Origin: a virus
Lineage: Duplodnaviria; Caudoviricetes
Direction: 5' to 3' (one strand)
DNA length: 31,390 nt
Virus record (IMG/VR): IMGVR_UViG_3300033489_000043
Location: 1 to 31,390 of that record
The notes under the pieces are model-generated. The model worked only from the letters and a program-made list of their open reading frames with translations, was not told the DNA's origin and did not search any database. A program made the position numbers and the translations under genes. Each line of letters opens with the position of its first letter. Positions within the stretch are counted from its first letter, which is position 1. Positions 9,293 to 17,027 of this stretch are shown piece after piece.

Positions 9293-10122
9293 TGTTGGAC
9301 CCCCTTCTCCCATGATTGAATTTCGTCCAAAACTTCTGCCGGTAAAATGTACTTCGCCGAAAGGAAGTCGATCAGGTTCTGTGCCGTCTCTTCCTGATGC
9401 TCGATCAGGCTCTTCGCGCTGAATTTTGTCACCACGCCGTCCGCATCCAATTTGTCGGTCGAATACTTTTTCAGGTCGGAGAGCGTCATAGTTTTGCGCT
9501 CTGGCTTTTCTGGGATTACTTTGGCGGTTCCTTCGATTGTAGTAAATCCTCCATCCGCCTCGATTATGCGCTCTGCTTCGTCTTGATCGAAGATACCGGC
9601 GAATCCGAAAGCAAGGCGCGCAGCTTGAATCAGCGTCTTGTGCCTGTGCATCCGCTTTGGGTGAGTATCCCAAGGGGTAGTAAAATTCACAGTGCGCATC
9701 ACTTCATCAAGAAACTCGCGAACCACAATAGGCTTCGATCTGTCTTTGCGGGTGATGATGCAATCAATCCATTCATGCACAGTCTTTCCTTTGTGCTGAG
9801 TAGTTTCTGGGGAATACACAAATTCAAGTCCATCCATTTGCGGGTTTTCGTTGATAATGCGCGCCCATCCATCCACCGACACAACAGGAACAATCGCGCC
9901 CTTATCTGGGTATGCGTATATTTCCTTGGTGAACGGGTTGAGACCGTACTGATCTGCGACGACAAGCAGCATGGTCATTTGCTCATTTGAAATCTGCATT
10001 CCCTCTTTTTGCTTAAATGCCGTAGCTTTCAGCGTGTCAAGAAATTTTGCTTCATCGACGCTGTATTTCTCGGCGAAACGATGCACTAGAGATTGATTTT
10101 GTGTTGCAAGTGCTGTAGTCAT
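9289..10122 (-). CDS. bet: Phage ssDNA-annealing recombinase (Bet/RecT family)
   Basis: ADQYGLNPFTKEIYA, VSVDGWARIIN, PWDTHPKRMHRHKTLIQAARLAFGF; SD AGGAGG. Confidence 0.92.
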   Translation of the reverse strand: MTTALATQNQSLVHRFAEKYSVDEAKFLDTLKATAFKQKEGMQISNEQMTMLLVVADQYGLNPFTKEIYAYPDKGAIVPVVSVDGWARIINENPQMDGLEFVYSPETTQHKGKTVHEWIDCIITRKDRSKPIVVREFLDEVMRTVNFTTPWDTHPKRMHRHKTLIQAARLAFGFAGIFDQDEAERIIEADGGFTTIEGTAKVIPEKPERKTMTLSDLKKYSTDKLDADGVVTKFSAKSLIEHQEETAQNLIDFLSAKYILPAEVLDEIQSWEKGVQQ

Positions 10123-10131
10123 AAATCCTCC

Positions 10132-10281
10132 TTAAATATGTTTCCATGTGCGGCGATTTGCTATGTCGCTAATGGTTGTTTGAGATACCAAAAACCGGCT
10201 TGCTAATTCTTGCTGCTCTGCGCCGTGCGACAATCTCATGCGAATGGCGATAACCTGATGCGCGGATTGTGAACGGTTCAA
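10132..10281 (-). pseudogene. Orphan C-terminal HTH of an HNH homing endonuclease
   Basis: Hand translation QVIAIRMRLSHGAEQQELASRFLVSQTTISDIANRRTWKHI*; no nuclease domain upstream. Confidence 0.55.
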
Positions 10282-10283
10282 AT

Positions 10284-10610
10284 TTATTCATTTTCAACGT
10301 ACTTCGCAAATGATACAGGTTTGCCACCCCCAATTTGTACAGTGCGTTTGTCCACGTCAACGGTTATGATTTCATACTCGTTGTCGTATATCTTGCAAGA
10401 AATCCCAAAACCTGTAGTTTCCGCCCAATATTCACTCGGTATCATCTGGCAGAAAATAATCCTCGTTAGGTACTGAAAATCATGCCACCGACTTTCCCCG
10501 CGTTTAAGTGCCAAACGTAAAGTTTCAGGCAGTTCGCTCCCGTTCCAATGCGTGTAAAGAACAACCTGTTCTTCGCCTCTCTTTACAACGATGTTTGCTC
10601 TATCTCCCAT
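10284..10610 (-). CDS. Phage hypothetical protein
   Basis: SD AAGGAG; MGDRANIVV...LYTHWNG. Confidence 0.7.
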   Translation of the reverse strand: MGDRANIVVKRGEEQVVLYTHWNGSELPETLRLALKRGESRWHDFQYLTRIIFCQMIPSEYWAETTGFGISCKIYDNEYEIITVDVDKRTVQIGGGKPVSFAKYVENE

Positions 10611-10649
10611 TTCCACACTCCTTTTCACTTGATTAATTTGCAGTTCACC

Positions 10650-11100
10650 ACTGCTACCACTACAACTTTCGCTGCCAGTTGTTCAACCGTTCAGCACTAG
10701 GCTTGATAGGATGCTGTCAAAACTGTTTGTGGTCTGGCACATGCTTTCGCCATTGCTATGCTGATAATCCCGTTTCACTTAGTTCATATCGGTATCGACA
10801 GCTTATGACCATAGGTGCTCACTGTCTCTTGCTTTAGGCATTCCGTCTCTGTGCTCTACACCTTCCTAATAGCTTCAGCCGATACTGGAAGCTCAAAGCG
10901 ATCAAACTATATTAGGCTTGGCTCGGCGTTGGCATTCTTACTGCGATTGCAGATACTGCTAATCACTTACCCCACTATCCAGTCTGGATACTTACTCCAT
11001 GCATAGAGTAGGGTTAGTTAAGTAAGATTAAGCGTTCGCCGAATTTACGGAAATTCATCTAGCGGGTTTCCCTTGAGTTGTTTACGTACATCCAGCAGCA
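10650..11100 (-). ncRNA. Group I intron-like RNA (boundaries approximate)
   Basis: P3 TTCCGT/ACGGAA, P4 TTCGGCG/CGCCGAG, P6a CCTAATA/TATTAGG, P7 GAGCACA/TGTGCC, GAAA-capped P9 in the expected order. Confidence 0.7.
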
Positions 11101-11150
11101 CGATTTACTAACTCATTTTTCGCTAGCGGGCTTTAACAATCTCCTTTACT

Positions 11151-11417
11151 TCATTTGAATCCTGACAACTTGCGTAAACCTAATACCAGAGCCACTTTGC
11201 TCCAGCTCCCGCTCCCGCTCCAGCTCCTGCTCCTGCTCCCGCTCCAGCTCCTGCTCCCGCTCCCGCTCCCGCTCCCGCTCCTGCTCCAGCTCCTGCTCCA
11301 GCTCCCGCTCCTGCTCCTGCTCCTGCTCCAGCTCCCGCTCCTGCTCCAGCTCCTGCTCCTGCTCCAGCTCCCGCTCCTGCTCCTGCTCCATAACTCGCGC
11401 ATAATAACGGCGTTCAT
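11151..11417 (-). CDS. Ser-Arg/Gly/Trp low-complexity protein
   Basis: ATG immediately after upstream TAA; SRSRSGSW repeats. Confidence 0.55.
   Translation of the reverse strand: MNAVIMRELWSRSRSGSWSRSRSWSRSGSWSRSRSRSGSWSRSWSRSGSGSGSGSRSWSGSRSRSWSGSGSWSKVALVLGLRKLSGFK
11199..11390. repeat. Hexamer tandem repeat GCTCC(A/C/T), about 32 units
   Basis: Direct reading. Confidence 0.95.
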
Positions 11418-11774
11418 TTACTTTTGACTCCGTGGCAGGTCTTTGCGCAGCTCGCACACATCTAGTAACGCTCCGCGATTGATATATACCGGCAGGCCAT
11501 CTGGGTACGGCTCACATTCTCTGACTTTCCCTTCGGCCACAAACTGCATAAACCTATCCGTTTCCGGTATCCAAGAGCAATCCACAAGCACCAAATCTGT
11601 TTCGCTGACCGACTCCAGCCTGCCGGTATATATCATCGTCACAGTACGAACGATAACGTTCTTGCCAACCGGATATGCGCTCTGCGTGGCGGAATGTTGC
11701 GGTACAGCGCATAAAGCTTGAATCTCGCGGATTTGCTTCAAGGTAAGTTCTTCGATGTTCATTTCATACTCCAT
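11418..11774 (-). CDS. Phage protein with probable Sm/SH3-like beta-barrel
   Basis: VGKNVIVRTVTMIYTGRL; probable start at 11762 after GGAG. Confidence 0.7.
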   Translation of the reverse strand: MEYEMNIEELTLKQIREIQALCAVPQHSATQSAYPVGKNVIVRTVTMIYTGRLESVSETDLVLVDCSWIPETDRFMQFVAEGKVRECEPYPDGLPVYINRGALLDVCELRKDLPRSQK

Positions 11775-11926
11775 AATAGTTAATAGCTTACTCAGGGCGG
11801 CTTACCCGCCAGCATCGCTTCTAAGGCGCTTAGCAAACCACCCGATCAACTCGACATCGTTTAAGACGCGGTTATCTTAGCGGTCGCTTGTTGCTGTTAT
11901 CAGCGATGCGCTGCTGATGGTTAGAC

Positions 11927-11999
11927 ATCATACAGATATTTTTGATTGTGTCAAGGGGTTCGTGAACATCTTGACATAATCTGTCATTGCGATAATAAT
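11927..11999. promoter_or_regulatory. Back-to-back divergent sigma70 promoters with operator-like palindrome
   Basis: Leftward TTGACA-16-TATGAT (11954-11927); rightward TTGACA-17-AATAAT (11971-11999) containing TGACA-N5-TGTCA; gene orientation switches here. Confidence 0.7.
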
Positions 12000-12020
12000 A
12001 TCGAAACTTTGGAGGCTTTC

Positions 12021-12182
12021 TTGGACAAAAAAACAGAAATAGCAAACGCAAAAAAACGTAGAGCAAAACTACTGGCTCAATTTAATCGGCTTGGGATTAC
12101 AAAGCGTAAATTTGCCGAGATGCATAACTTATCGGCTGAGAGAATCGGGCAGTTATTAAGAAAGGCGAGCAATGAAATATAA
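12021..12182 (+). CDS. Small Cro-like HTH regulator
   Basis: SD GGAGG + TTG; GITKRKFAEMHNLSAERIGQLLRK. Confidence 0.65.
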   Translation: MDKKTEIANAKKRRAKLLAQFNRLGITKRKFAEMHNLSAERIGQLLRKASNEI

Positions 12183-12287
12183 GACATTATTTTCAGCATG
12201 GATTGTTCTTGGTGTTCTTTGGTTGGTTACTGCGGCAGTGGACTTTATCAATGGGGATACATCAATGGCTTTCGCGGATAGGTGTAA

Positions 12288-12572
12288 ATGGTGTATTACA
12301 CACAACTGGAAAAACTGAAAGCGCGCAAGCCGCACAGATGCACAAGTTGCGGAGAAGCTATCGCTATAGGAGAAGCATACTACAGATGGCGATCCTATGA
12401 ATGTGGAGATGCAGGAACCCACAAAATGCATCCTGAATGTTATGAGATGCACGATGCCGATGCAGTTGGTGGGGAGTGGGAGTACTCGCCATATAGCCAC
12501 GAGCGTCCGGAAGTGACGCACAGCGTGCAAGGTGAGGCGTTGCCAATCTCGAAAGGACAAACGAAGCTATGA
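12288..12572 (+). CDS. Zinc-binding hypothetical protein
   Basis: ARKPHRCTSCG...HPEC; stops within attC loop. Confidence 0.7.
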   Translation: MVYYTQLEKLKARKPHRCTSCGEAIAIGEAYYRWRSYECGDAGTHKMHPECYEMHDADAVGGEWEYSPYSHERPEVTHSVQGEALPISKGQTKL

Positions 12573-12640
12573 ACGACCAGACACCAATGCCAGCGAAAGA
12601 ATTCACTTCAGGGCAGTCCCGCTTGACCGTAGGGTTAGCC
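12518..12640 (-). repeat. attC-like site 6 (R' GCT variant)
   Basis: Minus: GGCTAAC-CCTAC-GGTCAAGC...CCTCACC-TTGCAC-GCTGTGC. Confidence 0.7.
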
Positions 12641-12901
12641 GCTGACTTGCGGACAAGATCGGGGCAGGAAGCATCTGTGATTGAGCAAATACGTGAGTAT
12701 GGCGGATTCTCGATATTCTGGGCAACCGAAACACAGCGGAGAGCGTGCGCCATAGAGCGACTGCAAAAGCGCGGAGAGATTAGCAGAATTGGCGGAAGCT
12801 ATCCATTTTGTAAATATGAACTGGCGCACAACGTTCAAATTGAGGCGCCGCCCGCTTCTGGGCGGTCGCTCTCGAATGCAGGGTTGTGCGTCAAAACGTA
12901 A
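12569..12901 (+). CDS. Hypothetical cassette protein starting inside site 6 and reading through site 7
   Basis: AAAGGA + ATGA overlap in loop; C-terminus HNVQIEAPP...SNAGLCVKT. Confidence 0.65.
   Translation: MNDQTPMPAKEFTSGQSRLTVGLAADLRTRSGQEASVIEQIREYGGFSIFWATETQRRACAIERLQKRGEISRIGGSYPFCKYELAHNVQIEAPPASGRSLSNAGLCVKT
12826..12889 (-). repeat. attC-like site 7
   Basis: Minus: GCACAAC-CCTGC-ATTCGAGA...CCTCAAT-TTGAAC-GTTGTGC. Confidence 0.9.
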
Positions 12902-12915
12902 CTACGGAGATAAAA

Positions 12916-13200
12916 ATGGAAATCAACAAAATAGCAGCACGGCAATATGACTGGGTGGAGCGCATGGGCTGGCATAACAAAACCGTGCTTGAGGCGCTGG
13001 CGCTGATCGCAAGCGAAGTAGGCGAAGCGGTGAACGAGTGCCGAGGTGAAGCGCCATCCGAGGATTTTCCAACGGAGCTTGCGGACATCATCTTGCGGAC
13101 AGTTGATCTTGCCCACTGGCAGGGCATCGACATTGCGGACGTGATCGCTACAAAGATGGCGAGCAACGAGCGGAACGGAACGCGGGGCAGGCGCATTTGA
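12916..13200 (+). CDS. MazG-like NTP pyrophosphohydrolase, cassette cargo
   Basis: LIASEVGEAVNE and ELADIILR (ExxE...ExxD) motifs; SD GGAG. Confidence 0.8.
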   Translation: MEINKIAARQYDWVERMGWHNKTVLEALALIASEVGEAVNECRGEAPSEDFPTELADIILRTVDLAHWQGIDIADVIATKMASNERNGTRGRRI

Positions 13201-13201
13201 C

Positions 13202-13264
13202 GCACAACGTAGAGTTAACCGGCTCCGCGCTTTTGCGGAGTCCGGGTTCAACGCCGGGTTGGGC
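13202..13264 (-). repeat. attC-like site 8
   Basis: Minus: GCCCAAC-CCGGC-GTTGAACC...GGTTAAC-TCTAC-GTTGTGC. Confidence 0.88.
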
Positions 13265-13286
13265 GGCATGTGGAGCCAGCGGTGGG

Positions 13287-13730
13287 CTAATCGTGCTTGA
13301 CGACGCGACCGACTATGAAAACAGAGACAAGACCAATGACCGTCGTACCGCCAATAACTCCTGCAACAGCAGGAGAACCCATAGCCAGCGCCAACATTGA
13401 GGCTCCAAGTGCGGTGAGGCCGATTACGAAACCGAAAAACTGGCCTCTTTTTACTTCGGCCTCCATTGCGCGCAAGGCTGCAAATTCGATTTCTTGTTGG
13501 TGCTTCGTATCTGACTCGGCCATTATCAAGATGCGTTCAGCGGCACCCTTGACGAGATGTTCATACCCCTCAAGAACTGAAGGGGGTGGCATGGGGCCTG
13601 AGAAAGTGGATTGCTGGAACTGTGCAACAGACTTGCTATTGCCATTTGCGCCGGAAGCAGTAACCGCGCCGTTGGCGGTGCTAACGGCGTTCTTAGGCTG
13701 CTTTGGTTTTTGTGATTGGGGTCGAGCCAT
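13287..13730 (-). CDS. DUF2335-like membrane protein
   Basis: FSGPMPPPSVLEGYE...GAAERILIMAE...RGQ followed by two TM helices. Confidence 0.8.
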   Translation of the reverse strand: MARPQSQKPKQPKNAVSTANGAVTASGANGNSKSVAQFQQSTFSGPMPPPSVLEGYEHLVKGAAERILIMAESDTKHQQEIEFAALRAMEAEVKRGQFFGFVIGLTALGASMLALAMGSPAVAGVIGGTTVIGLVSVFIVGRVVKHD

Positions 13731-13902
13731 TATCAGCGAACGAACCGCAAGCGCGGCTAACAGACTCGCCGACATGGGTGAAATGACTAGCCATGCGTTC
13801 AGCACCGCTACGGCGCGGTGCCAATTGACGCAGATTGCGCGCAGGAGCCAAGTCCATCACGCTCCCTGCGCCACGAAGAAAATTCTTTGTTTTCGTATTC
13901 AT
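13693..13902 (-). CDS. Small hypothetical partner of DUF2335 gene
   Basis: FLRGAGSVMDLAP; overlaps start of DUF2335 gene. Confidence 0.6.
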   Translation of the reverse strand: MNTKTKNFLRGAGSVMDLAPARNLRQLAPRRSGAERMASHFTHVGESVSRACGSFADNGSTPITKTKAA

Positions 13903-14802
13903 GGCCGAATGATAGCCGCAAGCGGCTTGACAATCAAGTCGTTAAGCGTAACGGGAACGTCACATTCCCGGCACGTGAGGTTCTTGACGCCCAACGTATA
14001 GTAGCCGGCAAAAACGCCGGATATGCTGGTAATACCGGACAAACACGGCGTTTACCAATACGCATGACCATTGCTAGTTTGATTGCAAATCAAACATTGT
14101 GCATCGAAGCCTGACTGTGCGCACAGCGCCCGGATGGAAATAGCATAGAAAACAGTGGTCATCCGTGTTGGTAAGGGCAATGTCTGGTAGGTACTAGCTA
14201 CCAGACACCCAACAGCGTGAAGTGTGCTACCGGAGACCGTTAGTAAGCTAGACGAAAGCGCGAAAGGTCGCAATGCACACTAGCTCGGTATAATAGAGCT
14301 GCCAACACTAATTTTGCTGGTGAATGCGCATGCTGAGATAATCCCAGCAAAATGTCGATTGAGCTTGCGACAAAAAAGGCGGCGAGCCTTAAATGAATAA
14401 GTTTCCGTGTTTCTTGCGCGATGGTAACGAAATGACCATGCCGGATATCGTAACCGGCAAATTTTCCGCTTGCTATTGGTTTGCGGAAGCTTTAAAGTTA
14501 TATTTGTTCGCGGGTTAACCGCCGCGACAACCAATGTCGAGGTGCCAATGTATCAAATCAGTTTCTTCAGTGATGGGCAGTCGGCTTTTAGCCAATGCCT
14601 CGTATCGGCTAGACTCCTGTTGGGTTGGTTGCCCAGCGCCCATCACAGAGGATATTGATATGACGATAAATACCCCAGAATACCTCCGCTGCTACGCAGT
14701 TGCGAAATCCATCCCATCACGCAAGAATAAGCGCCCGGCGATACTGTTTTGGTTTAAGTGCGCAAAAAAGATGTTGAAGGCGTCCAAAGATAGGGGTGAT
14801 AA

Positions 14803-15555
14803 GTGGCGCGCATAAGAACCATAAAGCCTGAGTTCTTCACTAGCTCAGACATAGTTTCTCTCACGCCTCTTTCACGGCTTTTTTACATCGCTTTATGGTG
14901 TGAATCAGATCGTGAGGGAAGGTTAGATTGGAAAACAAAAACATTCAAGCTCCGATATTTTCCAGGCGATGAATGCGATATTGAAAAGATGGCGTCCGAG
15001 TTGATCAACGCAGGTTTGGTTGTTTTGTATTCGGTGGACGGGCAGCAATATGCAGAAATTCCATCCTTCACTTCACATCAAGTTATCAACAATCGGGAGT
15101 CCGAAAGCAATAGGCCATGCCGAAGTTTTGACGCGTCCACCACGCGTGAAAGTGGCGTGAAAGCGGAAGGGAAGGAAGGAAGGAAGGGAAGGGAAGGGAA
15201 GGGAAGGGAAGGGCGCGATGAATCGGCGCCAGAAATTACCTTTGACCAATTCTTAACAGAATGTGAAAGTACCGGAGAGTTACCAATCCCTGAGGACGAT
15301 CCTGTTTTTGAATGGTCACAAACGATAAACCTGCCGCAAGCGGTTTTATTTGTCGGTTGGGAAGCGTTCAAGAGGCGCGAATGGCTGGACGCCAAAAAGA
15401 GACCTAAAAAATACAGGGACTGGCGGGCGGTGTTTCGGAACTACTGCAAAAACCCAGATTGGTTGAACGTGTGGAGCATCAACAAAGACGGCGAATACTA
15501 CCTGACGGCCAAAGGTAAGCAGTTGGAGTCAGAAATAAAAGCGAGGAAAGAATGA
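14803..15555 (+). CDS. Phage replication initiator (lambda O analog)
   Basis: MARIRTIKPEFF N-terminus, central low-complexity linker, KKYRDWRAVFRN C-terminus; directly upstream of helicase. Confidence 0.8.
   Translation: MARIRTIKPEFFTSSDIVSLTPLSRLFYIALWCESDREGRLDWKTKTFKLRYFPGDECDIEKMASELINAGLVVLYSVDGQQYAEIPSFTSHQVINNRESESNRPCRSFDASTTRESGVKAEGKEGRKGREGKGREGRDESAPEITFDQFLTECESTGELPIPEDDPVFEWSQTINLPQAVLFVGWEAFKRREWLDAKKRPKKYRDWRAVFRNYCKNPDWLNVWSINKDGEYYLTAKGKQLESEIKARKE
15165..15213 (+). repeat. (GGAA/GGGAA)n polypurine tract, candidate origin element
   Basis: Direct reading; inside initiator linker where lambdoid origins lie. Confidence 0.7.
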
Positions 15556-16916
15556 ACTACGATGAAACAGGGCTTATGATTCCACCTCATAGCGCCGAAG
15601 CTGAAATGGCGGTGCTTGGAGGATTGCTGATAGACAACGGGGCGATAGATAGACTAGGAGAACTGGAAGAGAGCGCATTCTTCAGTGAAGCGAATAGGTT
15701 GATATATCGCGCAATCCGAAAACAAGCCGCTGCGGGCAAACAGTGGGACGTGATTACCGTAGCAGAAATGCTGGAGTCTGTTAATCGCCTTTCCTCTGCC
15801 GGAGGATTGCAATATATAGGCGGAATTGCGCACAACACACCAAGCTCGGCGAACATTACCAGATATGCTGACATTGTTCGCGAGCATTCAATGCGGAGAG
15901 AGCTCATGGCGGCGGCTGCTGAATTGACCGAACTAGCATCTAGCAAGAGCGGGGATATTGCTGTGGCGATGGACAAGGCGCAATCTAGGTTGATGGCTAT
16001 CACTGAAGGGGTAAAGACCGACGAGCCGAGAATACTGGCCGATATTGTGCGAGATCATATCGACACAATCGAGAAAAGGTTTGAGGGAGAGCGAAAGGGG
16101 ATACCTACAGGCCTGACGGCACTAGACGATATGCTAAACGGAGGTTGGCACAAGGGGCAGGTGATTGTAATGGCTGCAAGACCAAGCCACGGAAAAACAG
16201 CATTGTCCATGCACAACGCCATTTATTCCGCACAAACAGGACATGGTGTATTGTATTTAAGTATGGAAATGCGCGATGCCGAATTAGCAGACAGGGCGAT
16301 AGCATCAATCGGCAGGGTGTACTTAGGGAACGTACTAACCGGAAAACTCAAAACAGACGAATGGGACGGAGTAACGCATGCAATCGGGGAAATATCAAAA
16401 TTGCCGCTGCATATTATCGATAAATCCGGGCTGAACTTTTTCCAAGTAGCTACATTTTCGAGACGGCATAAGCGCAAGCACGGTTTAGATTTATTAGTGG
16501 TGGACTACCTGCAATTAATGGCTGGCGCTGATAACGAAAAACGGCATGCGCAGATAGAGGAGATCACACGCAATCTAAAATCTCTAGCGAAAGAATTGGA
16601 TATTGCGGTACTGCTGTTATCTCAACTATCCCGCAAGACAGAAGAGTCGCGCAGGCCAAAACTTTCCCATCTTCGTGATTCTGGGAGCATTGAGCAAGAT
16701 GCCGATGTGGTGCTGTTCATCCACCGAGAAGAGGTAGATTCTCCAGAAACAACATGGAAGAACTACGCTGATATTCACGTTGCCAAAAACAGGCAGGGAG
16801 CCCTTGGTCGGGTAGGCGCGAAATATATTGGACATCAGGTTAGGTTTGAGAATTACGATGGAGTGACACCGGATTGGGACGCACAACCGAGATCGCAAAC
16901 CAAGGGGTTTAAATGA
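15552..16916 (+). CDS. dnaB: Replicative DNA helicase DnaB
   Basis: PPHSAEAE, AARPSHGKT Walker A, VVDYLQL, LSQLSR, LRDSGSIEQDAD, KNRQG. Confidence 0.97.
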   Translation: MNYDETGLMIPPHSAEAEMAVLGGLLIDNGAIDRLGELEESAFFSEANRLIYRAIRKQAAAGKQWDVITVAEMLESVNRLSSAGGLQYIGGIAHNTPSSANITRYADIVREHSMRRELMAAAAELTELASSKSGDIAVAMDKAQSRLMAITEGVKTDEPRILADIVRDHIDTIEKRFEGERKGIPTGLTALDDMLNGGWHKGQVIVMAARPSHGKTALSMHNAIYSAQTGHGVLYLSMEMRDAELADRAIASIGRVYLGNVLTGKLKTDEWDGVTHAIGEISKLPLHIIDKSGLNFFQVATFSRRHKRKHGLDLLVVDYLQLMAGADNEKRHAQIEEITRNLKSLAKELDIAVLLLSQLSRKTEESRRPKLSHLRDSGSIEQDADVVLFIHREEVDSPETTWKNYADIHVAKNRQGALGRVGAKYIGHQVRFENYDGVTPDWDAQPRSQTKGFK

Positions 16917-17027
16917 TGACTTACTTTTTAATGCACAGTATGGAGAATGACAAATGAGAGAGGTGGGAAATGTCTAATAAAATCGAAACAAAATGAGTCT
17001 TAATCAGCAACGAATAGGAGGTTGGTA

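Noticed and set aside
9293-9673. N-terminal extension of the 714-aa ORF
   Set aside because: Overlaps bet out of frame; the exonuclease begins at the ATGA-coupled MKILNL
11155-11427. Leu-rich membrane protein on plus strand
   Set aside because: Antisense reading of the hexamer repeat, against operon direction
13197-13400. ORFs beginning THNVEL/THNPAF (also 6615-6971, 12835-13269)
   Set aside because: Translations of attC sites and antisense of better-supported genes
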